From a virus: a DNA stretch of 64,000 nucleotides. The DNA lies in the IMG/VR virus record IMGVR_UViG_3300043429_000130, positions 1 to 64,000 of that record, one strand, 5' to 3'. Positions 47,552-58,800 of the stretch are shown piece by piece; the stretch's first letter is position 1; the number at the start of each line of letters is the position of its first letter. Under the pieces are notes generated by a model. The model was not told where the DNA came from and ran no database searches. It saw only the letters and a list, made by a program, of their open reading frames with translations. The translations under genes and the position numbers were made by a program.

Positions 47552-48784
47552 TTATGTTAATGTTGCTGTTACTGATGAGATGATAGGACAAGGAACAGAT
47601 ACAGTAAAGTTAGCTGTCTTAGAACAAGTACTACCGTTCTTAGTAAGACATCCTTCTACAGTGATTGTATAAGCTTGAGAAGCATTAAGAGAAGCTCCAG
47701 AAACAGTAAATGTAATACCATCTGTATCTGTAACAGCTGCTACTAAGTCTACATTACTTGTATAAATATGTCCTGATGTATCTTTAATAGTAATTTTAGA
47801 TCCTTGAGCTGTACAGTTTGTAAAGCCTGCAGGAATCACAGTACCACCACCATTAAAGAATACAGTAACTTGAGTACGAGCTTCGTTTGTAGCAGCAGTA
47901 AATCCAAGTAAGAAAGCAGAACAATCTACTTGACCAGCTGCATTTTTTAGATCATAAATAGTTTGACGCATATCACAAAGTACAACCCAAAGGTTTTGTA
48001 CTGCAGATCCAACTGTAGTTGAGTTAGCATTCCAACCTGGAAGTGAACTAATTGTTCCAGTAGTACTTAAAGCAAGAGATGCTCCAAGACCTTGACACTG
48101 TTGTGCAATAGCTGACGTTAGAGCAGCATTGGTACCTAAAACAGTTCTTAAACCACAATACTCTTCTTCTAACTTATCTAATACAACATTCATAGCTGTA
48201 GGTACAGCTGGTAGAATACAGTTAGGAGTAACTTGAGGAAGTGTTACTGCAGGAGCATTTTCTAATGCAGTAATTCTAGTATTGTAAGTAGCTAATGTAG
48301 CTGTATGTCCATCTACTGTAGCCTTTAAACTACAATGCTGATTAGCAAGTCTTAATGTGTATACACTGTGTTGTAACTGTGTAACAGTTTGACCTGTACC
48401 TGGATCAGTGTATTGTAAACAAGTAGGTAGAGCTACGTTAGGTTCTGTATAAGAAGAACCTCCACCAGATGGTAAGTTTTGAATAGTTGTATTCAAACAA
48501 CATACCTTATCTATAATAAAATCCAATACTGCCAATAGGGTCTTATTAGTAGGGGCAGGATTTGCTGCCGAACAAAAAGAAACTAGACAAGATAAGTCTA
48601 AAGTAGATAAGTCCAAAGAAGTCTGAATAGTACAAAGCTTTGTAGCTACTTTGTACACTACATCAGAGATAGCATCACCGTTGCAGAGGTCAATGCATCC
48701 TAGATCCGGTCCTTGCCAGATTACACAATTGGAGGACACCGGAGAACAACCCTTATCGGCAGTATTGGATTTCGTAGGTAACAT
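47552..48784 (-). CDS. Cys-rich structural (fibre/hub-like) protein
   Basis: 410 aa; CVIWQGPDL..CNGD motif, coiled-coil segments, C-terminal beta domain. Confidence 0.55.
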   Translation of the reverse strand: MLPTKSNTADKGCSPVSSNCVIWQGPDLGCIDLCNGDAISDVVYKVATKLCTIQTSLDLSTLDLSCLVSFCSAANPAPTNKTLLAVLDFIIDKVCCLNTTIQNLPSGGGSSYTEPNVALPTCLQYTDPGTGQTVTQLQHSVYTLRLANQHCSLKATVDGHTATLATYNTRITALENAPAVTLPQVTPNCILPAVPTAMNVVLDKLEEEYCGLRTVLGTNAALTSAIAQQCQGLGASLALSTTGTISSLPGWNANSTTVGSAVQNLWVVLCDMRQTIYDLKNAAGQVDCSAFLLGFTAATNEARTQVTVFFNGGGTVIPAGFTNCTAQGSKITIKDTSGHIYTSNVDLVAAVTDTDGITFTVSGASLNASQAYTITVEGCLTKNGSTCSKTANFTVSVPCPIISSVTATLT

Positions 48785-48808
48785 AGTATATTGGGTATCA
48801 ATAAGTTA

Positions 48809-49321
48809 TTAACAATCAACCACATTGTCTGCACCAAACAGACCTTCAAGTTTTGTCTTTAAATGACTGTAACCAAACGCAAATACATCAACACCTTCTG
48901 CAGAAGATAAGTCAGGAACAGTCTTAGTGATTGTTTCCTCTACATCTTGCTCTTGCATTTCTGTACGAGTTCTAGTAACAGTAGTAGTTGTAGGATTACC
49001 GTCAGCATCTGGAGCACCAGCTACTTCTTCTTCAAACTCTACTTGTACAGGAACCATACGTTTTACTGTAATAGTTTCTTCTACTTGTTTAGTCAAAGCT
49101 ACATACAAGCTTTCCCCAATTTGTTGGTTACGAGCTACACCTCCACCCATGTTAGGAGTAGGGTAAGATCCAGCAGGAGTAGCATCTTCTTGTGATTGAA
49201 AAAGTTCAATTCTGAAGTTAGCAGACCCATATTTAGAGATCTGATAGTCAGCAATGCGTACATATGCTTCACTTGTAATCCCTTTGTCCGTCCCGATAGG
49301 AACTGTAATTTTAATAGCCAT
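48809..49321 (-). CDS. Hypothetical tail-associated protein
   Basis: 170 aa in the structural operon. Confidence 0.6.
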   Translation of the reverse strand: MAIKITVPIGTDKGITSEAYVRIADYQISKYGSANFRIELFQSQEDATPAGSYPTPNMGGGVARNQQIGESLYVALTKQVEETITVKRMVPVQVEFEEEVAGAPDADGNPTTTTVTRTRTEMQEQDVEETITKTVPDLSSAEGVDVFAFGYSHLKTKLEGLFGADNVVDC

Positions 49322-49333
49322 ATTATTTATAAT

Positions 49334-49930
49334 TTATATATATTTTAAATTAAACTTATTTTTTCTTTTTCCAGTAATTTGTCTACATATGTAGGTACGA
49401 GTTACTCCAAAAAATAAAGCTGCTTCATTAGCTGATTCAAATATGTTACCAGTACTTATGCATAAAACCTTTTTTCGTATGCTTTTAGAATACTTTAAAG
49501 ATTCATTTACAAACCTTTTTATTTCTTCAGCTGGCTTATGTTTTAGCTTTAAAGCTTGACTAATCTTAGCTTTAGTTTCTTCAGATGTTATCTTATTAAA
49601 ATGAACTCTACTTGATCTTTTTCTTCCTTCTTCATTAACTATTAAACCTACAGTACCATCACCTCCATCTGTTAAGTTTGCCAATGTACCAGTACCGTTG
49701 TCCAATCTACCATAAAGCTTAATAAATTCTATTTCTTTTATTTTAACCTGATCCCAAGTTAAATCATCAAAGAGTATTTCAACCTCATAGTCTGTTTTTG
49801 CTACTACTTTCTTCCAAATGTTATTTCTTCTTGACTTTTCTTTAGCTCTTCTATGAGATAAGTCAGAACCGATGCCTATGTAAAAAGGCTCATTTTTGTC
49901 TAATCTGATGTGTCGGTATAAATAAGCCAC
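49334..49930 (-). mobile_element. Free-standing GIY-YIG homing endonuclease with NUMOD-like C-terminal repeats
   Basis: YLYRH..FYIGIG..R..E..IKLYGR..LANLTDGGDG; SEETKAKIS (NUMOD3-like); KKVLC..FESANEAA (NUMOD1-like). Likely start GTG 49930; the track start at 50002 lies inside a terminator. Confidence 0.8.
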
Positions 49931-49947
49931 TGTGGTTAATAAGTAGT

Positions 49948-49966
49948 CTACAATATAATATACATT
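49948..49966 (-). promoter_or_regulatory. Promoter-core copy GTATATTATATTGTAG upstream of the endonuclease
   Basis: Matches the 3' part of the 58-bp element; lies just downstream of a terminator. Confidence 0.55.
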
Positions 49967-49983
49967 ATTTTTGTTGAAATAGC

Positions 49984-50017
49984 AAAAAAAAGACCACCCC
50001 ATAAGAGGTAGTCTTTT
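49984..50017 (-). terminator. Intrinsic terminator
   Basis: - strand AAAAGACTACCTC ttat GGGGTGGTCTTTTTTT. Confidence 0.8.
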
Positions 50018-50040
50018 ATATATAGAAGAAAGCAGGGGGC

Positions 50041-50553
50041 TTAGTTCAATGGAACAACTTTAGTTTCTTCAACCTTAATAAGCTTAAAGAAGGTTCCGTA
50101 GTTCTCAGAAGTCTCAACCTTTTCAAAGTCTTCAAGTGTAAAAGCTTTATACTCAAGATCTTTCTCAGTCTGAAGTAAGTTGTTAAACTCAAGCTCAAAA
50201 GACTGGAACTCAGGGTTGATAACCTTTTTGGTAAACCAGTTACCATCTTTGTCTAGATCTTTTACTGGCTGACCGTCTGAATCTAGTTCATCAATGACCA
50301 TAGGGATAGAAATACCACCCTTGTCATCTTCCTTACCATACTTCTTGATAAGGTCATTCTTTAGTTCTTCTACAGCAGCTTTTTCAGCAGCCACTTTCTT
50401 ACCTAGTTCTGTTAGCCAGTACTTAGTAACTAAAGATAGTTTTTCCTGGATGAGACCAGAAGCAATTTTTTCACCAGTTTGCTGGTTGGTTAAACCGTTA
50501 AGTTCTGCATCTAGATTGTAGAACTCAAACAACTTAAGAGAAATTTTTTCCAT
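50041..50553 (-). CDS. Helical hypothetical protein (possible fibre assembly chaperone)
   Basis: 170 aa; LIKKYG..EFNNLL pattern common beside fibre genes. Confidence 0.55.
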   Translation of the reverse strand: MEKISLKLFEFYNLDAELNGLTNQQTGEKIASGLIQEKLSLVTKYWLTELGKKVAAEKAAVEELKNDLIKKYGKEDDKGGISIPMVIDELDSDGQPVKDLDKDGNWFTKKVINPEFQSFELEFNNLLQTEKDLEYKAFTLEDFEKVETSENYGTFFKLIKVEETKVVPLN

Positions 50554-50641
50554 GTGTTTTTAAAATTTTAGATTAATCTGTTACGAATATACAAAGATAT
50601 ACAACTGGTGTGCCAAAAAAGTTATCCCCAAATGTGGATGA

Positions 50642-50872
50642 CTAGTTGGCAGATAAGAAAGCTAAAACCTCAGCTTTGACAGTATTGTACTCTTCTTGTG
50701 TAACTTCGGCCCAGTTATCTCTAAGTTTAGCCTCATTTAATATTTCTACAGACTCCGCAATCTGTCCATAAATAATAACTTTCTCATTAGGAAAATTATT
50801 TATTTGCTCAAAAAAACTGTTGTCAGAACTTAGTCTAAAATAAGACTGATTAAATTTGTAATAAGTTAACAT
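50642..50872 (-). CDS. Hypothetical protein
   Basis: 76 aa; C-terminal EVTQEEY motif typical of fibre-adjacent small proteins. Confidence 0.55.
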   Translation of the reverse strand: MLTYYKFNQSYFRLSSDNSFFEQINNFPNEKVIIYGQIAESVEILNEAKLRDNWAEVTQEEYNTVKAEVLAFLSAN

Positions 50873-50892
50873 ATATATTTTTATTTAAAAGT

Positions 50893-51327
50893 TTATTCAA
50901 AACCAAAACATGCATTACCTGAGTTAATCATTCCACCATATGCTGATTGAGCACATACGGATTGGTTAGCTTCAAGATACGGATACTGAGTTGTACCATT
51001 ACAGTCTACATAAGTAAAATATCCTGAGTATCCAGCATACCATGTTGTACAAGCTGAATATCCACAAGCCGTAGAGTTGGATTGATATAGTGAACTATAG
51101 TATCCACATGATCCGTTGTGGTATGTGTAATATAGATCATACCCACTACAATACTGTGAGTAGTATGTACCGGAAGCTGGACAAGCTGAGTAACCATAGA
51201 ATTCACTAATAGCATCCGGTGTAGATTTACCAGCTGCTGCACTAAGTGTTCTAAGACTACCTGAGCTTGATCCTAACTCAGTTCTTATCTGACCTATACT
51301 TAAAGGACCTGATGATGGTAAAGCCAT
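50893..51327 (-). CDS. Putative fibre-tip adhesin
   Basis: MALPSSGPLSIGQIRTELG..ISEFYG attachment-like N-terminus right after an S74 fibre; Cys/Tyr-rich C-terminus. Confidence 0.55.
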   Translation of the reverse strand: MALPSSGPLSIGQIRTELGSSSGSLRTLSAAAGKSTPDAISEFYGYSACPASGTYYSQYCSGYDLYYTYHNGSCGYYSSLYQSNSTACGYSACTTWYAGYSGYFTYVDCNGTTQYPYLEANQSVCAQSAYGGMINSGNACFGFE

Positions 51328-51329
51328 TG

Positions 51330-54300
51330 TTATTTATTTTTTAGTTCTTTAATCTCGTTCTTTAACTCTTCTATCTGAGCTTGTTGTTCCTTTATACCTT
51401 CTATTAATAAAGGTACAATCCTATCATACTTTACAGTAAGATAATTTTCACCAGTCTTAGATATAATTTCTCCTGTTTCAGGTACACCTTGCATATCAAA
51501 TGGAGCCAATGAAACAGCTTGTGGTAAAACTGCTTGAATTTGCTGAGCAGATACACCAGCTTGTTCTTTTTCATTAGTATAACCAAGACTACGTGCTAGT
51601 TCATTTTCTACATATACAAATCCTTCTAATGATTTAATCTTTTGTATAGCATCTGTAATAATGGTTATCTTAGTTTTTAATCTTTCATCAGAGTAATACG
51701 CTGTAACATCTCCAGTACCATAATAGTTACCACTACCATAGTTTCCACCACCTGCACTAATTCCTGATAAATAAGAACCATTTATTACTTGGTGATGCCA
51801 CGTAGCTCCATTAGATAAATTCCAAATTGGACCATATGATTCAGATAGTCTAGCTCCAGTACTATTTCCAGTACTTGCACCAGAACCCGTTAAAGCTAAT
51901 ACACCGCCAAAGTTAAGTCCACTAATAGTTGCATTATTTGATAATGTAGATGCTGAACCTGTTATGTTTATTCCCCAAGTACCAGAAGCATTACCACCAG
52001 TAAGTGTAGGAGAATAAGAGTTATAGTTACTTGAGTGTAATGATTGTACTGGAGTAATTGATACTTTTTTAGAAGAAGAAGGTTCAGTACTATCACTTAT
52101 AGATGTTACTCTATTTGAAGCAGAGCCTCCAGCTTCTCTTACTTTTACGCTAAAAGAGTTCCAGTAACTAGCTCTTGGCCACCAAAAAGCTAAATTACCG
52201 CCATAGTTAAATATTCTTATTGGTCCAGGAAAATAGCCACCATAGGATAATGCACCAACATTTATAAAAGTATCTGCATATATATACCCCTCTAATAATA
52301 AAGCAAAAGGTCCTGCACCACTACCATAGCTTTTACCTGTAACTTCCATTACAAAAGAATCACCGTATGTTACAGAGGCATTGATGTTTGTAACTACTAA
52401 TGTACCATTAGGAAAATCACTGCCTGAATGATATGGAACTACATTCTGTAAAGACCATCCACCTAATTGTGCAGCAGATCCAGAAATACTAATACCCCAA
52501 GTGCCATCAGCTACACCACGTATAGAGTTTTTAACATGAGCAAGATTAGATTTTCTAGACCATCCATCACCATTAGAAGTTATAAAACTACTAATAGTAG
52601 GATTTTCATTTTCAGAAGTATTAAAGTTAACATGGTTTGCATAGATGTACCCATTAGCATCTCTTTGTACAATATAACTAGCAATAATACTACTACTTAT
52701 ATTAGAAGCTGATATTGGACCATTAGCTGTTATAGCTCCTGTATTAGCAAGTGTAATTACAGGGGTTCCACCTCTATTAGCTGAAAATATTCTAACCCCG
52801 TATGAAAATCTCATTGAGCAATATGCGTCATTAAGATCTACAATATCACCATCGTCAGCTAGAATAATACCTCCTCCTGTTGTGTTACTTGATGAAACTG
52901 TTATATTACCTGCAATAGATAAAGCACCAGATATTGAACCACCAGCTGTTGGTAAATAAGGACCTCCTGTTACATAACCAGGCCCATTAGTAAGTTGATT
53001 GAGATTGGTTAAATTACCACTATGCCAAACATCTGCATAAGAAGAATAAGCAGTTCCTGAGCCAAATGACTGTTGCCATATTCTCATTCCAATACCACTT
53101 TTAAGAAACATCACCAAGTTATCAGAACCTCCAGAACTATCAGAATAAGAACGTAAGTGTAGATAATCAGCATAAGGAGCACCATCATTATTAGCCCAAG
53201 ATGTAAATCCAAATCTTAGTTCAGCTGCATTATCTTCAGAAGGAGATATTGTTCTATTATCTCTAGAAGATAGTCTAGCTGAAGCACCAGATATTGTTGC
53301 AGAAGAAGTAATGTACCCAGATGGATTAGTACTATTATATGGAGTATAACCAAGAGCATTTGTTACATTAGCTGATGTAATTCCAGTAATATATCCTGGT
53401 CCATTACTTAATTGATTAAGATTTGTAAGAGTTCCTGTTCCCCAAACTGTTCCTGTATTGTGATTTAAAGTTACAGTACCAGAATTCATTTCAAACTTAA
53501 GAACATTAATAGTATCGTGATAAATACCTATATGTGAGTAACCGCTTCTATGAAGTGCAATACCTGCAGTTCCAGAAGTTGCTCTTACTTCAAACTGTAG
53601 TCCACTATAATAATTAGAAGGAGTTGCAATGTTTCTATCAAGCATTAATGTAGAAGTAGTTCCTGAACCACCACTCATTACAATGGCTGTTCCAGTGCTT
53701 GCTCCTCTACTTGTTACAGAAGCCAAAGTATCAGTTTCTGTGTATCCAGTTATATAACCATTAGGATTGGTAGCATTGTAAGGAGTATATCCTAAAGCTG
53801 TTGTTACATTACTAGAAGTAATCCCTGTTATATACCCTGGTCCGTTTGTAAGCTGGTTTAAGTTTGTTAAACTAGCAGCCGTCCATACATTACTACCTTT
53901 ATACTGAAACTGATTTATATTTACATAAAGAAGTTCAGCTCCTGTAGTAGTGACTTTAAGACCTTCGTCTCCATTATCTGTTAGAGCAATAAGTAGATTA
54001 GACAATGCTCTACCGCCACTTGCTCCATCACCAGTAGATTCAAATGTTATAGAAGCTCCATCTGTGTTAGCTGCCCAAGTAAGACCTGCACCACTAGAAC
54101 CAAAAGACAGATTTCCTGTCATTGAATCACCTGCTGTATTAACCCATACATCAGCTACAGATGTTAAGTAACCTTGAGAAGTTACCCAAGACTGAGTTGC
54201 ATATCCAGATAAAGCTGAAGAAGTTATATAACCTGCACCATTGGTAAGTTGGCTATTGTTAGTAATACTATTTGTAATAGTAGTTGTTCCACTACTTGTA

Positions 54301-55892
54301 GAAACACTTATTCCAGAACCAGCTACTATTGATAATATACCTGTATTAGATATGGATAGTGAGCCTCCAGATGTACTTACACTTATTCCGCTACCTGCCG
54401 TGGCAGATAACAATCCTGTATTACTAATGCTTAATGTTCCACTTGATGTGCTTACGCTAATACCACTTCCGGCAACTCCTGATAATAAACCAGTGTTAGA
54501 AATACTTAAAGTACCACCAGAAGTGCTGACACTAATTCCTGAACCAGCAAGTGCAGATAGTATACCTGTATTACTAACAGTTACAGTTCCTCCACTTGTA
54601 GAAGTACTAATCCCAGATCCTCCTACTACAGATGATACACCTGCAGTAATACTCCAAGATCTATCTGCTGATAAATCATAACTAGTACCGTTGATAGTTA
54701 ATGTACGAGTAGTAGGTACACCACCTAATCCACTTAGTGTATACACAGGTAATGTTTGCCAGGTCTTATCACCACGCCAATACTGAGCAGTAGTTCCTGC
54801 TGTAATAGCTGGTTCTTTAGTACCAATTAACGTAGTAATTGTTGCACTAAAGTTAGCATCATCTCCTAACGCAGCTGCTAGCTCATTAAGAGTGTCAAGT
54901 GTACCTGGTGCACTATCTATTAAGTTAGAAATACTTGTATCTACATACGTTTTTAAAGCATAGTTAGCTCTTTCAGATGTCCATACTGGATCAGTCTCTG
55001 TATATGATTGCAAGTATCTAGCATCAGCTGCAGTTTTAGTATAATAGTTAACCTTCTCTGAAGTCCATACAGGATCTGTTTCTGTGTACGACTGCAGATA
55101 TCTAGCATCCGCTTGTAACTTTGTGTAGTAGTTTATTTTCTCTGAAGTCCAGATAGGATCAGTTTCTGTAAAAGAAGTGAGGTAGCCAGCTAATGCATGA
55201 TTACCCCAAGAGTAAGCACTGTTCCAGTTAGTAATGTTTGTAGTGGTAATAGCTTTAATATGGCTAGCCACTGTAGGATCTGTTTCAGTGAAAGATGTTA
55301 AGTATCCTTCTACAGAATGATCTCCCCAACCAAAAGCTGTATTCCAATTGGCTGAGTTATTAACTATACTAGTTCCCCATGATGTTCCATTAGATAATGG
55401 TATACCAACAGATGGGTAAACCATTGAGTCTATACTAAATATTCTATTAGCAGATAGATCAGCTGTCTGCCCGTTAATAGTAATAGTCCTTGTTACAGGT
55501 ACATAGTTTCCTACAATACCAGATCCATACTGTGGTATATTGATTATACCAGTAGTGCTATCATAAGTAGCCGGACCAGATGTATTAAATGTAGTAACAC
55601 TTAAAGCTTTTCTAGCTCTACTATCTGTAAAGTATAAAGCCTGGCCTTCTGTAACTAAGTCTGTGTTATAATCTCCCTGGCGGGCTACTACAGCACCGGT
55701 TCTACCAAATACAGAACTAACAAGATTACCACCACTCTGTGTGATAAGCTGTGCTATAGAAGCAGATGATATCCTACCTCCAGGTCCGGGTACAAGAACT
55801 TTATTCTGTGTACCGGTAGTAGCAGGTATAGAAGCTACAGATACACCTGCAGGAAAATAAGCATTACCATAACTATCTACTTGATAAGACAT
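51330..55892 (-). CDS. Tail fibre protein with C-terminal peptidase S74 chaperone
   Basis: SDERLK..GVSAQQIQAVLPQAV..VKYDRIVPLLIEGIKE; APGTLDTLNELAAALGDD fibre motif. Confidence 0.88.
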   Translation of the reverse strand: MSYQVDSYGNAYFPAGVSVASIPATTGTQNKVLVPGPGGRISSASIAQLITQSGGNLVSSVFGRTGAVVARQGDYNTDLVTEGQALYFTDSRARKALSVTTFNTSGPATYDSTTGIINIPQYGSGIVGNYVPVTRTITINGQTADLSANRIFSIDSMVYPSVGIPLSNGTSWGTSIVNNSANWNTAFGWGDHSVEGYLTSFTETDPTVASHIKAITTTNITNWNSAYSWGNHALAGYLTSFTETDPIWTSEKINYYTKLQADARYLQSYTETDPVWTSEKVNYYTKTAADARYLQSYTETDPVWTSERANYALKTYVDTSISNLIDSAPGTLDTLNELAAALGDDANFSATITTLIGTKEPAITAGTTAQYWRGDKTWQTLPVYTLSGLGGVPTTRTLTINGTSYDLSADRSWSITAGVSSVVGGSGISTSTSGGTVTVSNTGILSALAGSGISVSTSGGTLSISNTGLLSGVAGSGISVSTSSGTLSISNTGLLSATAGSGISVSTSGGSLSISNTGILSIVAGSGISVSTSSGTTTITNSITNNSQLTNGAGYITSSALSGYATQSWVTSQGYLTSVADVWVNTAGDSMTGNLSFGSSGAGLTWAANTDGASITFESTGDGASGGRALSNLLIALTDNGDEGLKVTTTGAELLYVNINQFQYKGSNVWTAASLTNLNQLTNGPGYITGITSSNVTTALGYTPYNATNPNGYITGYTETDTLASVTSRGASTGTAIVMSGGSGTTSTLMLDRNIATPSNYYSGLQFEVRATSGTAGIALHRSGYSHIGIYHDTINVLKFEMNSGTVTLNHNTGTVWGTGTLTNLNQLSNGPGYITGITSANVTNALGYTPYNSTNPSGYITSSATISGASARLSSRDNRTISPSEDNAAELRFGFTSWANNDGAPYADYLHLRSYSDSSGGSDNLVMFLKSGIGMRIWQQSFGSGTAYSSYADVWHSGNLTNLNQLTNGPGYVTGGPYLPTAGGSISGALSIAGNITVSSSNTTGGGIILADDGDIVDLNDAYCSMRFSYGVRIFSANRGGTPVITLANTGAITANGPISASNISSSIIASYIVQRDANGYIYANHVNFNTSENENPTISSFITSNGDGWSRKSNLAHVKNSIRGVADGTWGISISGSAAQLGGWSLQNVVPYHSGSDFPNGTLVVTNINASVTYGDSFVMEVTGKSYGSGAGPFALLLEGYIYADTFINVGALSYGGYFPGPIRIFNYGGNLAFWWPRASYWNSFSVKVREAGGSASNRVTSISDSTEPSSSKKVSITPVQSLHSSNYNSYSPTLTGGNASGTWGINITGSASTLSNNATISGLNFGGVLALTGSGASTGNSTGARLSESYGPIWNLSNGATWHHQVINGSYLSGISAGGGNYGSGNYYGTGDVTAYYSDERLKTKITIITDAIQKIKSLEGFVYVENELARSLGYTNEKEQAGVSAQQIQAVLPQAVSLAPFDMQGVPETGEIISKTGENYLTVKYDRIVPLLIEGIKEQQAQIEELKNEIKELKNK
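54270..54640 (-). repeat. About five 75-bp (25-aa) tandem repeats GxLSxxAGSGISVSTSxGTLSISNT
   Basis: Visible in protein and DNA. Confidence 0.85.
54960..55176 (-). repeat. About three 84-bp (28-aa) repeats SYTETDPVWTSEKVNYYTKxxADARYLQ
   Basis: TETD-coding units spaced 84 bp (54990, 55074, 55158). Confidence 0.85.
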
Positions 55893-58800
55893 TATCTAAT
55901 TTGTTTTGTAGTTCTTCAATCTGTTTTTGTTGCTCTTTAATAGCTTCAATAAGCAAAGGTACTATCTTCTCGTACTTAACTGTTAAGAAGTTCTCTCCTG
56001 ATTTAGATACACCCATGTTATTATCAAATGGAGCTAATTTAACAGCTTCAGGTAATACCTCTTGTACTTCTTGTGCAAACACACCTGCTTCTCTTGTTTC
56101 TGTATCAGGTTCCCAACCATGTTTACTACCTACATTATTCCATTGATAAGTCATACCTGTTAGCTTCATCACCTTATCAATAGCATTATCTATAACTTGA
56201 ATATTATGCTTTAATCTTTTATCAGAAGCATAAGCTATAATATCATAATACCCACGGAAGTGATTATCACCGTCATTTACAGAAGCTGTAATTGTAGCCC
56301 AGTCTGAGTTATTATAAAATCTAGTTCCATTATAACCATAGTAAGCACCAATCTTAATACCTGTATGGAATGCAATATGTAAATCTGGGTAAGGATGAGA
56401 CCATGATCCAGTTTGTCTATATATAGCATAACTATAATCTGAGAAACTATTACTAAAATACAAACCAAATGGATGATCAGTAGCAACATCATGAATATTT
56501 CTAGTATAATGTGTAATTAAACTATGTAATCTTGAAGTACTATTTGGATCTAAATAATATGATGTATCATTTCTATCATAAAATATATTAGCATGTATCT
56601 CATTTACATCATAAACTGTATTACCATTTAAATACATAGTGCCATATAACCAGTTAGTACCTGTACTATATATACCTGATGGGTGATAAGATGCTGAACC
56701 AGTTCCTGCTACATTTGATGTTCCTTGAATAGAATAAGCAGATAAGCCTGAAAATTTAACATCTGGATTTATAGTAGTACCAATTGTACCAAAAGAAGTA
56801 ACTATTGATATATTCCAACCTGTACCTTGACTTCCTGCATCTGATGCTCTAAATCCAGAAGTAAAATCTAAAACACTAACTACTGGATATGACCATCCAG
56901 TGTTTGTTTCTCCAATCCATACACAGTCTACACCATCTTGATTACCAAATCTTACAGTATGAACAGGTGCATTACTTCCACCTATAAAGGTAGCAGAAGA
57001 ATTATATCCTCCTTGATCGTATGCATAGTTACCTAATAAATACTCAGATGTTTGATTAGTAGAATAATTATAAATTCTAACTTTCATAGTCCACATAGGA
57101 TTATTACCTCTAAAAGGTAATTTAATCCTTATAGCTCCAGTAGAACCGTCAGAAGAAAATGCTGCTCCTTTAGGTGCAAATACTCTACTAACAACGTTTG
57201 GAGATGAAGAAGAGTACCCATTACTACCAAAAGAACCATCAGAATGAATATTACCTGCAATACGTAAAGATGTACCTGATGTATTAGGATCTAAATAATA
57301 TCCTCTATCGTTGTTATCATAGAATATAGTACCATAAACTGCTCCACCAGATTCTAAATATGAAGAAGCATATAAATAATCAAAACTTCTTTGTGAAGTT
57401 GTTCCAGAACTAGATGCGTAGTTAACGGATTGAGATCCAATGTTACCAGCATGTATAACAGGACTTCCTGCAGATATACCGCCACTAGTACCATTTATAT
57501 ATAACATACCTCTGATTTTAGTATTACCAGAAGTATCAACTATTAATCTACCATGATGAGCATCGTTGCCTGACCAAGCATCACCAATACCATAATGACC
57601 ATTACCATCTTGAAGATCGCTGTATCCAATGCTAAATATACCAGGATTATAGTTAGCAATACCCATAGTCCATAATCTATATCCTCCAGCACTTAAAGTT
57701 CCACTCATTACTATATAAGCACCATGAGTAGTATTAGTACCGTTATAAGCATTCAAGTGTAATGCTGGATAGTAATCAGCATTTATTGCAATAGCTTTTC
57801 TATTATCATCAGCATATATACGTGATGAAGTATCTATACCTACACGTAGTGATGTATATGAGCTTGCATTAGGAATCTTTAATGCACTTAAGTTTGAAAC
57901 ACCATTAGGGTCTACATAATATCCTGTATCATTAGAGTCGTAGAATATTGGTGCTCTCATAGAACCTGCTGCTTCCATATAAACATGAGAGTACACTCTA
58001 GCATCTTCTATAAGAAGTCTACTATTACCACCAACCATCATATTTACACTATGGCCTGTATAACTTCCTATAAATACAGAACCTGGAGTATGCACATACA
58101 TACCTGCTTCAATACCAGGTGTTCTAGCATGTAATACAAATTTAACATGAGGACCATTACTAAATCTTACTTGAGTACCCCATCCACCTGGATCTGACCA
58201 ATCATCTCCACTATCTCCTACATAAAGGTTTCTTAAACGTGAACCTCCTGCTGGATTAAGATAATATGCTGTATCATTTGAATCGTAGAAAATAGGAGCA
58301 CGCATGTCATCTCTAGCCCTAATAGAACCAGAAACAGCAGCTAAAAATGTACCATTTTCCATTACAAGAAGACCATGTGTATTAAGGTTTCCTGCTACAC
58401 CACCTGCATTAGGATGAGACCAAGCTAAACCATAAAGTGAACCTGTAGTTGTACCATCAGCAGGTAACTTATATGCGTCTCCCATTGCAAATACACCTTG
58501 ATATCTAGTAGATGTATACACACCTACTACAGTGTTGCCATAGTTATCATCTATATAAAAATTACCATTAGCTCCATTTGCAGTAGTAGCATTACCACTA
58601 ATATTCATACTAACACCACTCATAGCAGAAGCTAAACCTTGTAATGTATAACTTCTAATATAATAATCACCACTATTAAAACCAGCTATATAACTAATAC
58701 CAGTACCTCTTTCAGAACCACCACCAGATGTATAGAAATAAGAGTTTTGAATGTAACCATTAGAATCACGTTGTACTATTGTATTAGCACCACCTGTTTG

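Noticed and set aside
49334-50002. Group I intron around the GIY-YIG gene, and the ATG start at 50002
   Set aside because: Flanking genes look complete, there is no room for an intron core, and the ATG lies within a terminator hairpin.
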